DNA from: an uncultured Verrucomicrobiae bacterium
GTDB lineage: Bacteria > Verrucomicrobiota > Verrucomicrobiia > Chthoniobacterales > UBA10450
Assembly (NCBI GenBank): GCA_963801815.1
Contig: CAWDGJ010000001.1
Coordinates: 64,001-128,000, forward strand
Length of the DNA stretch: 64,000 nucleotides
Reading direction: 5' to 3'
The position numbers were made by a program, and so were the translations under genes. Below the pieces are notes generated by a model. It did no database searches. It was given only the letters and a program-made list of their open reading frames with translations, and had not been told where the DNA came from. Positions 1 to 10,066 of the stretch are shown one piece after another. How positions within the stretch are numbered: the stretch's first letter is position 1; each line of letters starts with the position of its first letter.

Positions 1-3000
1 CCTGGACCGGGAGTGGAGGCATTGAGCAATGAAAGCAGCTGCCCGGAATTGCTCACGTTAATCGTATTGCGTGTCGATTGCGCGCTTGCAACCGTTGTGG
101 CTTTACTGGACGAGCTGGCATTCCCACCCGACGAGGTTTGATTACTCGCCGTGGTGCTGCTGGTGCTCGACGACGAAGTTGGAGAATTATTAAATGGCGG
201 CGCGCTAGCGAGCGGCAGCGGGTGATGCGCGCCGTTGCCGGCAAACGTGCCTGTAGTAGATGCCGTTTCCGCCAGAGGTGCCGAGTAGTTGGCGATATTG
301 GTATAGATGTTGGCCATGCCGCCGTTGCCTGCAATCGTGACAATCACGCCGTCTATTGATGGTATATCGTCTTAGCGGCCAGATCCATCTCCGTGCCGCT
401 GCTCAGCGTGACGTTGGCAACAAACTTTCAGGAGCCCGTTGCTTCCGGGCGCATACAATTTGAGCAGGGTGTCCGCGGAAATCGTGTTACTGCCGCTGCC
501 ACCGATAATCAGCGTCCCGTTTGTTCCAAAGACACCTGCTTTGATGATGTTGGCGTGAACGTCAGTGTTGGTAAATGTGATGGTGCCATTTCCATCAATG
601 CTGCTGAGGAACGTTCCTCCTACATTATAAGTGCCGCCATTGAAATTGATCGCCGCGGATCCTCCGGGATCATTACCGAGAATCTGAATCGTGGCGTTGG
701 TCACCCTGGCCGTGCCGTCGACATTCATATTGATGGTTGCGTCACCGCCGATCGAGCCGCCGGCATTATCGATTTCGGCGTCAAGACTGCCGCGGGTGGA
801 AATGCCCGCAGCGGTGATCGTAATAGCAGCATCGGATCCGATCGTGCCACCGCTGCTGTTATTAATCTCCGCGTTTAGGTTACCGCTAGTAGCGGTTAGA
901 TTCCCGCCGGTCGTGATGGAAATGTTCCCGCCCGTCCCGATCGAGCCGCCGTCGCTGTTAAAAATCTCCACAGCAAGGCCACCGCTACCGGTGGCTAGAT
1001 TCCCGCCGGTCGTGATGGAAATGTCCCCGCCCGTCCCGATCGAGCTGCCGCTGCTGGTGTTATCGATTGATGCGCCGACCGAGCCGGCGGTGAGTCCCCC
1101 GTCGACGGTTAGTGAAATATTTCCGCCCGTTGTGATGGCGCCCATCGAAATTGTCGATCACCAATGCTACGCTGGATGCGGTCATATTTCCGCCAACGTG
1201 GAAGGTGAGGTTCCCTCCGGTGCCGATTACGCTGTTATTAAAGTTAAAGAGGTCCGCATTGATCTGATCGGCGCTGAGATTGCCACCTACCGAGGCAGAA
1301 ATATTCCCGCCATTGGGGACCTCGGTGACACCCGCATTAGTCATCTGCAGGCTAAGGTCGCCGCCTGAAGCAAGCGTAAGGTCGCCACCAATAGTCATGC
1401 TGACATTGCCACCGTTCGTGAGCGGAGGACGATCGGTTCCCACTGGAGTAGAAAGCGTTAGGGTCACGCCTCCCGCAGTCGTGACGAGGTCGTTAGCAAC
1501 GGTTAAGGTCAGATTCTCGCCGTTGGTTACCTGTGCGGAGTTATCGAAGAAGAGCTCGAAATCCAAACTGCCGGCTGTCAGCGATCCGCCGCTGTTCACA
1601 TTGATGTTTCCTCCGACTCCCGTGGAGGTTCCTGAAGCGGCCCCGATAGATAGCGTAAAGGCTCCGCCAATCGTCATGTCTCCGCCGCTCTTCACGGAGA
1701 TGTTCCCGCCGTTATCAATGTTACTCGCATCAGTCGTAAGGCTTAAGTTGCCGCCGACCGATAGATCAGTGCCCGCGTTGAGCGTAATATTCAGGCCGGA
1801 GGTTTGACCGTCGTTTGTCTGTTCAATGTTCAGGCCGTTCGTGATATTAATCGCTTGGCCGGCAGAAATAGTTACATCGCCGTCTGAATTTGTCGCCGTC
1901 GCGCTCAGGGTTCCGCCGCTCCAGTTCAAGTTGTTCGCCGCGCTGAGCGAAAGGGTGACTGCATTTATCGTCACAGCGGTGTTCAGCCCGATATTCACGT
2001 CGCCGCCGCCTGTAATATCCAGGGTCTCACCCGTTAGGGTCGCACCGTCGATTGTGACGTCGCCATTGAGCGTCTGGATGGCAATGTTATTTGCGCTAAT
2101 GGTTGCGCCGTTGACAGTGAAATGTCCCCCCGATAGTGACTCGAAGTCATCGGTGACACTAATGTTCCCGTTCACGTTCGTGTTACCTTCGGAGAACAAA
2201 TGCACGACGCTCCCGCCCGAAATCGGGCTGGCCAGCGTCAGGTTCGAGTCAGCACCGCGGGCATAGAATTCAAGGTGATCGATCCCGGAAAATGAAATCT
2301 CGGGGCCAAGATTAATCGAACCGTTTCCGGTGATGAAACTAAGGCGTGTGATACCGGCAAAAGTGAGGGTTCCGCCTGACGGACCAGACGTAATGTCGCC
2401 GACACTGACCAGAGCGAGGTTCGTTGTGGCGCCACTTGGCACGATGACTGTCGGGTTACCTGCCAATTCGAGATTAGCGAACTTAAATACGGCAATGGGA
2501 AGGTTATTCTGTGGGCCGTTAAAGACCAACTGATCAAACGCCGTCGGCGCTTCTCCGAACAGAAACTCAGTCGGAAAACCATCCAGAGCAGTGCCGCGAT
2601 AAAGTGTCCCAAAATCCGTCACGCCGTTTGTGGTACTCGTCGGATCGGTTGTGATGGTTGTGCCGCTTGTGATCACGTACGGATCCGGCGAACTAATCGT
2701 CGGCGGCGGTCCAAACTCACTCGGCGGCCCGCTTGGAGGGGGCGTCGGACTCGAACTTGCCGCCGTAGTTTGAGAGATTACGTCCACGATGTTCTGTGAG
2801 GGAGGTGGACTTGGTGTCGCCAGCTGCTCTTCCACTTGTAAAATGAGCGGCAAATTCGCGAGATCAGGAAAATCGATCACGAGGTGCGATGTTTGCATCA
2901 CTTTTTTAACATCAAACTTCGTGGCAGCGAGTTGTCCGCCGCCCGACAAGGTCGCCATTTCGCCACCATGCAGCGTTACCGCTTCTTCTGGATGGCCAGC

Positions 3001-3501
3001 CGGATAGAAAGTACCAACGCCTTCCAGGACCATGAACTTTACTGGCGGGCCGCTTCCAAACATGGCGGTGCCGCCAGAGATAGCGGCTGAAGCGATACTG
3101 GAGATAATCTTGGCGGAAGCGGCTCCAGGCGGGACCTCCAGAAGGATAGATCCGTGGTCCACATTCAGTTGGCGAGCTTCCTGGTTAAGACTGAATACCG
3201 TGTTTTCGCCAAGACGTGTGATCGTCAGGTCGTTAAATGTCAGCTCTGCTCTTGATTGTCCGCCGGTTCGTACGGCCATTCCCAGCTTGACTTCATCGTT
3301 TAACGAAGCAGGACTCGCTGCCGCGTTTGACCGCAACAAACTTACGTCGTGAAAAACTTGAGAAACTCGTGCGCTTTGCAGTGATGACGCCCCGTCTGCC
3401 GCTGATAATGCGAATACGCATGCGGAAAGTGCCGAATAGCGAATCAATAACCGCCGCTTCAAAGCATACCTGTGCCCACGAGCCGTGTCTGCGGTTTTCA
3501 A
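1..3501 (-). CDS. Large secreted FecR-domain protein with Gly/Thr/Asn-rich beta-helix-like repeats; 3' end outside window; frameshifted near 1140, 425 and 360
   Basis: ORF 1060..3501 has a signal-like N-terminus and FecR motif (VRTGGQSRAELTFNDLTITRLGENT), a Pro linker, then GGNISxTTGGNL repeats that continue in ORF 372..1145 and in shifted frames (FVANVTLSSGTEMDLAAKT...TINVSNSGQLLSLL) to position 1. Confidence 0.8.
897..1050. repeat. Near-identical intragenic repeat, 99-bp period
   Basis: tagattcccgccggtcgtgatggaaatg..cccgcccgtcccgatcgagc begins at 897 and again at 996. Confidence 0.85.
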
Positions 3502-4301
3502 GGTCGAACCTCCTCCGAAGGCCGAAGTATGGCTGAACCAGACTTGGGCGTCTTACCATTTGCGGGATCAACAACCGAAACTGCCGAGCCGCTTCCCGAA
3601 ATTACGAGGTTGGTTTCGATCAACTTGCTGCTCGATTTCTCTTCTTGCTGGCTCGCACTCGCGGCCGCTATTGACCGTTCGTTTTGAAGAGGCGCGAAGT
3701 TCCGAATGAGCGGGCAGGTGTTTACGAACCGCGCGATGTCGAAGTTGACCGGATCAGTCAGGGCGGCCGTAGCATTTCCGAAGATCATCTCGCCGCGATG
3801 AACAAGAACAGAATCGCCCAGCGTGGACGGCCGATATAATCGCGCTGTGCCTTCGAGAAGGAGGAATTTGAAGACCGTCGGCTGATACTCAAGCAATGCA
3901 GTGGCGTGACTAACTGCAGCCGATACTGCTCCGGCTTGCACCTTGCCTTTGGTATGCCCCGGAAACTGAAGCAAGACTGCACCATGCGACAATTCCAAAA
4001 CATTCTTGGACTTCAGCGTTAGGGCCGCATTCGCGCTCAAACGTGCGACCGCTTTGTTTTCGAAGGTAAGCTCAGCGCGCGAATCCACGCCCGTGATTAT
4101 TTCATTTCCTATCCTGACCGGATCGCCAACAGAAGCAGTCCGGCGCCCGGCGTCGTTCGTCACCAGATTCGCTTCTTTGACGATTGCGGTAATTCGGACT
4201 TCTTGAGAAGCGGCGCTTGCGACTGAAACCGGAAAGATCTGCGGAGTAAGAAGTAACCCCGTCAGCGCAAAACATCTGCGAATTCTCGGATTCGTAGCCA
4301 C
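3498..4301 (-). CDS. Secreted FecR-domain protein
   Basis: 267 aa with signal peptide and IITGVDSRAELTFENKAVARL FecR motif; paralogous to the N-terminus of the downstream gene, which it overlaps by 4 nt. Confidence 0.8.
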   Translation of the reverse strand: MATNPRIRRCFALTGLLLTPQIFPVSVASAASQEVRITAIVKEANLVTNDAGRRTASVGDPVRIGNEIITGVDSRAELTFENKAVARLSANAALTLKSKNVLELSHGAVLLQFPGHTKGKVQAGAVSAAVSHATALLEYQPTVFKFLLLEGTARLYRPSTLGDSVLVHRGEMIFGNATAALTDPVNFDIARFVNTCPLIRNFAPLQNERSIAAASASQQEEKSSSKLIETNLVISGSGSAVSVVDPANGKTPKSGSAILRPSEEVRP

Positions 4302-4487
4302 AAAAGGGATGCCTTTTTGGGGTTTGGATATTAATAAGTCAAGCTTAACCGTGCCGAGTGATACCCGGAGATCCAGAGCAAGCGTTTTGGTTCGGGACGT
4401 TATTTCTTGTATAAGATCAACAGTGTGTTTGACTTAAGCGTGTTCGGTTTCTCAAGGGGACACAGGACCGTTGCGTTGGACGATCTG

Positions 4488-4566
4488 GACTAACAGATGG
4501 TCCTTAGAGAGAACTTCAACGGTTTGCCGTGACGCTTTGCCACGACTTTATCTCTGTTCGTTAGGC
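4488..4566 (+). mobile_element. Degenerate integron attC-like site
   Basis: gactaac ... tttgccacgac-tttatctctgttc-GTTAGGC; the right end resembles the reverse complement of the attC remnant at 63498-63552. Confidence 0.4.
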
Positions 4567-4628
4567 GAGTCGGCGCGCCGATTACTCGCGCTCGAAGCGG
4601 TGGCACAACGGCTGCTATAATTTCTAGA

Positions 4629-4850
4629 ATGCAGTCCAGCGAAGCAAACGATGTCCGAGTTCGAATAAGTTCTCGGGTTGCTAGAGAGCTTTCCAGTGAC
4701 GACTGCGCATTGATCGACACGCTGTGCGCGGTACATATGGATATCAACTCTTCCAGTTTTAGTTTTGATGACCGGATCGCTGAATTGCTCGGCGATTTTG
4801 GTCGTTGCCGCACAGTAACGCCTGGGTCTGAAGCAACCGCGATGGGTTGA
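4629..4850 (+). CDS. Hypothetical protein (possibly decayed cassette ORF)
   Basis: 73-aa ORF following the attC-like end; no recognisable motif. Confidence 0.2.
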   Translation: MQSSEANDVRVRISSRVARELSSDDCALIDTLCAVHMDINSSSFSFDDRIAELLGDFGRCRTVTPGSEATAMG

Positions 4851-4949
4851 CGGCGAGCTGTTTGCTCCAGCACCTCGGATTCATCCAATTGCCCAGCTTC
4901 CTTACTTAGGACAATTCCCGTTTTCCCGCTTCGGAACGGCCCGGGATTC

Positions 4950-5639
4950 TCACGGAAATAAATTGTAACGTAGGATGGCGTAGATGGCGTGAAAGCCGTC
5001 TTTCCAATTCACTTTCTTGCCTTCGCTATAGGTGCGGCCGTTGTAGGAAATGCCAACCTCGTAAATGCGGCACTTCGCTTTCGCCAGCTTCGCGGTGACT
5101 TCCGGTTCGAAGCCAAAACGATCTTCGCGCAGATCGAGTTTTTTTATCACCTCGGCGCGAAAGGCTTTGTAGCACGTTTCGACATCGGTGAGGTTCAAGT
5201 TCGTAAACATGTTGGAAAGCAAGGTGAGAAACCGGTTGCCCATCATGTGCCAGAAATAAAGAACACGGTGCGGGCGGCCGCCCATGAATCGTGAACCGAA
5301 AACCGCGTCGGCTTTTCCGGAAACAATCGGTTCGAGCAAAGTGGGATAATCGGCCGGGTTGTATTCGAGGTCGGCATCCTGGACTAAAATCACGTCGCCG
5401 GTAGCGGCGGCGAATCCGGCGCGCAAGGCCGCGCCTTTTCCCATGTTGCGCGGCTGGTAAATGATCTGGTTCGCGAGCGAGGAGAGTTTTTCCCTCAGGA
5501 CCTGTTGGGTTCCGTCGGTCGACGCGTCGTCTACCACAATGATTTCAATTTCGCGGACTTCCGCTGCGCGCACTGCGGTGACCAGCTGCTCGACGGTATT
5601 GCGCTCATTATAGACCGGAATGACGACGGAAACTTTCAT
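4950..5639 (-). CDS. Glycosyltransferase family 2 (DPM1-like)
   Basis: [33 protein letters not shown] motifs. Confidence 0.93.
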   Translation of the reverse strand: MKVSVVIPVYNERNTVEQLVTAVRAAEVREIEIIVVDDASTDGTQQVLREKLSSLANQIIYQPRNMGKGAALRAGFAAATGDVILVQDADLEYNPADYPTLLEPIVSGKADAVFGSRFMGGRPHRVLYFWHMMGNRFLTLLSNMFTNLNLTDVETCYKAFRAEVIKKLDLREDRFGFEPEVTAKLAKAKCRIYEVGISYNGRTYSEGKKVNWKDGFHAIYAILRYNLFP

Positions 5640-5849
5640 TGAGTTTGAAACCGCGGATTAGGCGGATTTAACGGATGAGAAAACACAAATCGGGAAACTG
5701 GGAAAGCAGGAATTGCGACGAGCTTTCATTTTTGGAGAAACCGTCAGTTCTCGAACCGCAGATTACGCGGATTTGAATGAATCAAAGACTTTCGGGGCGG
5801 GATGATGGCAGTGAAGAAGGGGACCAGGTAGCGACTTGAAAAGCATTGC

Positions 5850-5902
5850 AATTCCTACTTGACCAGTATAGATTCGGAATCTATAGTTGATTAGTAGGAA
5901 TT
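5850..5902. promoter_or_regulatory. Two tandem 25-bp Rrf2-type operators forming a 53-bp palindrome
   Basis: aattcctact-N5-agtatagatt, cgg, aatctatagt-N5-agtaggaatt immediately upstream of the unit containing the Rrf2 gene. Confidence 0.7.
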
Positions 5903-5905
5903 AAA

Positions 5906-6157
5906 ATGAAAACGATAATCTTACTGATTATGTTCGTTTCTGATGCCGGTTTGCCTTCTTTCGGGAGTCCCCCGCTTTGTTTTAGGTTCGCCTCCGTCCT
6001 TCTCGGCCTGTCAGTCAGCTTGGGCGCTCTGTTATGGGCGCTTCGCAACGCTCCGGAAGGATACGAAGACGAAAAGGGGTTTCATTTCAGCGAAACTCGC
6101 ACCGTTATCAGCGATTCACCCGGGATAGCCATGCTTCGCCCTCACAACGCTGGTTAA
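5906..6157 (+). CDS. Small single-TM hypothetical protein
   Basis: Hydrophobic segment followed by APEGYEDEKGFHF; first gene after the operator; start may be 5930. Confidence 0.55.
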   Translation: MKTIILLIMFVSDAGLPSFGSPPLCFRFASVLLGLSVSLGALLWALRNAPEGYEDEKGFHFSETRTVISDSPGIAMLRPHNAG

Positions 6158-6189
6158 TCAATCACCTTTTAGCCTGAAAGGCCTGACTC

Positions 6190-6759
6190 ATGAAACTTTC
6201 TAAACGTGGCGAATATGCGCTTCGCGCATTAATCGATCTTGGAATTGCGGCGAAACTGGGTTGGCCATTGCTGCAGACGACTCAGCTTGCGGCAAAAGAA
6301 CGAATGCCGATTAAGTTTCTCGAGCAAATCTTCACTCAGCTCAAAGCGGCGGGTTATGTGAAAAGCAAGCGCGGTAAACTCGGCGGCTATTCGCTGGCGA
6401 AGAAAATGGACAAAATTCGATTCGGCGCCGTGATCCGCCTGATTGATGGCCCACTCGCGCCCATTAAGTGCGTCAGCCAGACAGCTTACGAACGTTGCAC
6501 CTGCCCGGACGAGATTCACTGCGGTTTGCGAATGCTCATGCTCGATGTCCGCAATGCGATCGCCCGAATTCTCGATCGCTACACTTTGGAAGACATTGTT
6601 GAGATCACGTTGCGCAAGTTACGCCGCGACAAGGTGACGCCGCCTTTTCTTCCGCCGTCATTAGGGCTCAACTCCATTCTATCTTCCGCCAGCAATCGCC
6701 CTTCCCAGCGATCACAAAAAAGCGCCCCGGTATTGTCTCGCCTCCAAGGCAGAAACTGA
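6190..6759 (+). CDS. Rrf2 family transcriptional regulator (CymR/IscR-like)
   Basis: MKLSKRGEYALRAL, FLEQI, SKRGKLGGY, Cys cluster CVS..CTCPDEIHC. Confidence 0.92.
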   Translation: MKLSKRGEYALRALIDLGIAAKLGWPLLQTTQLAAKERMPIKFLEQIFTQLKAAGYVKSKRGKLGGYSLAKKMDKIRFGAVIRLIDGPLAPIKCVSQTAYERCTCPDEIHCGLRMLMLDVRNAIARILDRYTLEDIVEITLRKLRRDKVTPPFLPPSLGLNSILSSASNRPSQRSQKSAPVLSRLQGRN

Positions 6760-6803
6760 CGCGAACTTCTAACTCCCTGCAGCCAACTACGTCACCAAAA
6801 ACT

Positions 6804-8447
6804 ATGAATACTAAACCTATTTTCATCAAAACGATCAGGACCCTCTTTGCCACAATGTTGATCGCGCTCCAATCACTCCAGGCCCAGAGTTCGTCGGAAT
6901 CAGAACGACTCGAAAAGCTGGAACGCGCCGTGGAACAGTTACAGCAGCGCAACACCGAACTCGAAGCCGAAGTGAAGAGTTTGAAAAAGGAGCGGGCAAT
7001 TGCTGCCGCTCCTGCGGGCCGCGAAAGCAAAGGAAAAGTTGTTTCCGACGGAAAGGGCTACGTCGAGAAATCCGTTCCAGTAGAAAACACAAGCGCCAGC
7101 AAATGGAAATTATCTACGCCAATTACCGAGCTGGAACTCTACGGTGATGCGCGGTTGCGATACGAATACCGCGGCGGCGAATCGGATGACGATTCGCCCG
7201 TGGCTGGCCGCGCGGCCGGCACAGCGGGTCGCAACGATTGGCAGGAACGCGACCGCGAACGTTATCGCATTCGTCTGGGGTTACGTGGGACATTGCTTGA
7301 CGATTGGTTTTTCGGAGTGCGATTGGAGACCAGTCAAAACCCGCGTTCGACCAATGTAACTTTCGGTGATGACACGTCCGGAAATTCGAACGCCAGCTTC
7401 AACGGGCCTTTCTCGAAAACGAGCGACGGAATCTCTGTCGGCCAGGCCTATATCGGTTATCGCGGTATTCCTGACATCACATTAACGGCGGGAAAGATGC
7501 CCAACCCACTCGTGAGCACGTTCATGGTCTGGGACCCGGACATCAATCCGGAAGGCCTCGCCGAACAATGGAAGCACACATTTAACATCGGCAGCACGGA
7601 AAGCGAGGCGTCGAAGTCCTACGCAAAGGACGGTAAGAATGTTGCCCCTGTAGTGTCGAAACCCGAGCCCCTTATCAAGCTCGATCTCTTTGCTAACTTC
7701 GCGCAATTTGTGTATGACGACGCGAATCCGGAAGATCCACTCGGACTGCGCGCCAACACCACCGCTAACGGCGGGCATCAGTCAATTCCGAACACGGACG
7801 CGTTCCTGTTGGCGTGGCAGGTTGGTGCCAAGCTTAATTTTCCGAAATCGATTTATTTTCAATTCGCCCCGACGATTTACAACTACACTGGCAACGGCGA
7901 CACATTCAACGTCCACTTTCAAGGCGGCGATCCCAAGCTGACCAACAGCGCGTCGCTGGCTCAAAATCAAACCGGGATCAACAGCTTGCTGGTATTCGAC
8001 GTGCCGATGGAACTCGGTTGGAAGGTCGACAAGTTGCCCATGCGCATCTTCGGAGATTTCGCCGTCAATCTAGATGGCGACGACCGAGCTAAGGCGGCGG
8101 GCCATCCGGGTCATGGCGATCAGCGCTATGCCTATCAGATTGGTGCCGGCATCGGACAACTGAAGAAGAAACATGATTGGCAGTTAAATGTCTTTTGGCA
8201 ACGCCAGGACCAGTACGCTCTCGACCCGAATCTGGTCGATACCGAGTTTTGGGACAGTAAACTGAACCTGCAAGGGATTGGCGCCACCGCGGGCTATATG
8301 TTGAGCGACGCAGTTTGGCTGAATTTCACTTACGGTTATGCCTGGCAAGCTAATGATGCGCTCGGAACGGGAGGCGGTGGCGATATCGCAATCAATCCCG
8401 TGAGTAACTTTCAACTGTTTCAAGCAGACTTGAACATTAAGTTTTAA
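6804..8447 (+). CDS. Putative outer-membrane porin with N-terminal coiled coil
   Basis: Signal peptide, coiled coil, GDARLRYE and RERYRIRLG motifs, C-terminal beta-signal FQADLNIKF. Confidence 0.8.
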   Translation: MNTKPIFIKTIRTLFATMLIALQSLQAQSSSESERLEKLERAVEQLQQRNTELEAEVKSLKKERAIAAAPAGRESKGKVVSDGKGYVEKSVPVENTSASKWKLSTPITELELYGDARLRYEYRGGESDDDSPVAGRAAGTAGRNDWQERDRERYRIRLGLRGTLLDDWFFGVRLETSQNPRSTNVTFGDDTSGNSNASFNGPFSKTSDGISVGQAYIGYRGIPDITLTAGKMPNPLVSTFMVWDPDINPEGLAEQWKHTFNIGSTESEASKSYAKDGKNVAPVVSKPEPLIKLDLFANFAQFVYDDANPEDPLGLRANTTANGGHQSIPNTDAFLLAWQVGAKLNFPKSIYFQFAPTIYNYTGNGDTFNVHFQGGDPKLTNSASLAQNQTGINSLLVFDVPMELGWKVDKLPMRIFGDFAVNLDGDDRAKAAGHPGHGDQRYAYQIGAGIGQLKKKHDWQLNVFWQRQDQYALDPNLVDTEFWDSKLNLQGIGATAGYMLSDAVWLNFTYGYAWQANDALGTGGGGDIAINPVSNFQLFQADLNIKF

Positions 8448-8474
8448 ACGCCCTGCTCATCTCGACACATAATT

Positions 8475-9443
8475 ATGAAAACAAGGATATTGCTTTTCGC
8501 TTTCGTCACACTTGGCGTCGTGAGTCAAACTGTCCAAGCCGATGACAAAGTCTTAATCCGCTTCGGCCATTTCCCAAATATCACCCAGGCGCAAGGGGTC
8601 ATCGCGCATGCGCTTTCGCGGGAAGGGAAGGGATGGTTCGAGGAGCGCCTCGGACCGAACGTAGAGATTCAGTGGTTCACTTACAATGCCGGTCCTTCGG
8701 CGATGGAAGCCATTTTCGCCAAATCGCTGGACGTTACTTATGTTGGTCAAGGTCCTGCGCTGAATGCGCACTTCAAGTCGAATGGTGACGAGATTCGAGT
8801 CATCTCCGGCGCAGCCAACGGCGGTGCCGCACTTGTGATAAAATCAAACGGGACCATCCGGGTTCCGGCGGATTTTCGAGGAAAGAAGATTGCCACTCCC
8901 CAACTTGGCAATACTCAGGACATCTCCTGCCGCGCCTGGTTGAAGAATCAAGGATTCAAAGTCACTCAGTTGGGCGGCGAGGTGACGGTAATTCCAACAG
9001 CGAACTCCGATCAACTTTCGCTATTCGAAACCGGGAAGGTCGATGCCGTATGGACGGTTGAGCCATGGGTAACGCGACTTGAGCGCGAAGCTAACGGAAA
9101 AATCTTTCTGGAGGATTCTAACGTAATAACGACGTGGCTCGTCTCGAGCGCCGGATTCCTGAAAGATCACCGTGAACTCGCCTCTAAAATAGCGGCAGCT
9201 AACGCCGAATTGACGCAGTGGATCCAAGCGAATCCGGCGGAAGCGCAGAAGATCCTGATCCGGGAATTAAAAGAGGAAACGAGGTCCGACTTCACGGCGG
9301 ACGCGGTCGCCCAGGCTTGGAAACGGATCAAGTTCACAACGGAGGTTGCGCCGGACTTGGTCACAAAAGCCGTCCAAGACGGCAAGGACGCCGGCTTTCT
9401 TAAAGGCAATACCGACACGTCGCGTTTGATTGAACGGCTTTGA
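8475..9443 (+). CDS. ABC transporter substrate-binding protein, SsuA/aliphatic sulfonate-like
   Basis: RFGHFPNITQAQ, NAGPSAMEA, IATPQLGNTQD, VEPW motifs. Confidence 0.85.
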   Translation: MKTRILLFAFVTLGVVSQTVQADDKVLIRFGHFPNITQAQGVIAHALSREGKGWFEERLGPNVEIQWFTYNAGPSAMEAIFAKSLDVTYVGQGPALNAHFKSNGDEIRVISGAANGGAALVIKSNGTIRVPADFRGKKIATPQLGNTQDISCRAWLKNQGFKVTQLGGEVTVIPTANSDQLSLFETGKVDAVWTVEPWVTRLEREANGKIFLEDSNVITTWLVSSAGFLKDHRELASKIAAANAELTQWIQANPAEAQKILIRELKEETRSDFTADAVAQAWKRIKFTTEVAPDLVTKAVQDGKDAGFLKGNTDTSRLIERL

Positions 9444-9490
9444 TTGTCCGGCGGACAGAAGCAGGCGTGAAAGGATTTTGTCCTACCGTC

Positions 9491-9779
9491 ATGACCGCTA
9501 AGAAAAAGCGGCAGCTGGTGGTTAGGCAGGAAGTTCGGATTGTTAACGAGCTCGGGCTCCATGCCCGGCCAGCGGCCGAGTTCGTGCGCATGGCTAATGT
9601 TTTTCGCTCGGAGATCTGGCTGGTGAAGGGAAAGCAAAAATTCTCAGCGACGAGTATCGTCGAGGTTTTGACCGCGGATCTTTGCTGCGGAGATATTGCT
9701 CGTCATTGAAGCCGACGGTTCCGATTCCGAGGATGCAGTAGCGCGGCTGGTCGAATTGATTCGCGGGTTAAGCGATTAA
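9491..9779 (+). CDS. HPr family phosphocarrier protein (frameshift near 9695)
   Basis: IVNELGLHARPAAEFV; shifted frame continues LVIEADGSDSEDAVARLVELIRGLSD to stop at 9779. Confidence 0.85.
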
Positions 9780-9805
9780 CCCAAGCCTGAGATCGAAAAG
9801 AAGAG

Positions 9806-9878
9806 TGCACCGTGCAGGGATCGAACCTGCGACCCAGTGATTAAGAGTCACTTGCTCTACCAGCTGAGCTAACGGTGC
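9806..9878 (-). tRNA. tRNA-Lys (anticodon CTT), CCA not encoded
   Basis: GCACCGTTAGCTCAGCTGGTAGAGC-AAGTGA-CTCTTAA-TCACT-GGGTCGCAGGTTCGATCCCTGCACGGTGCA cloverleaf. Confidence 0.96.
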
Positions 9879-10066
9879 GTTGAAATTGCCGATCTCCAAT
9901 TTAACAGAATTTTGGCAAGCGAGAAATCCCTCGCTGTTCCTGATTACTGGAAATTGGTAGCGCATTCGGTAGCACGGAATCGCTCTTTGTTCCAGCGATC
10001 ACCCGCCGGAAACATCCACAGGCGGCCTGAAAATCGACATCGGGTTAGATCGATATCTATTGCAGT

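Noticed and set aside
9768..9965. 65-aa ORF on the minus strand
   Set aside because: Overlaps tRNA-Lys; spurious
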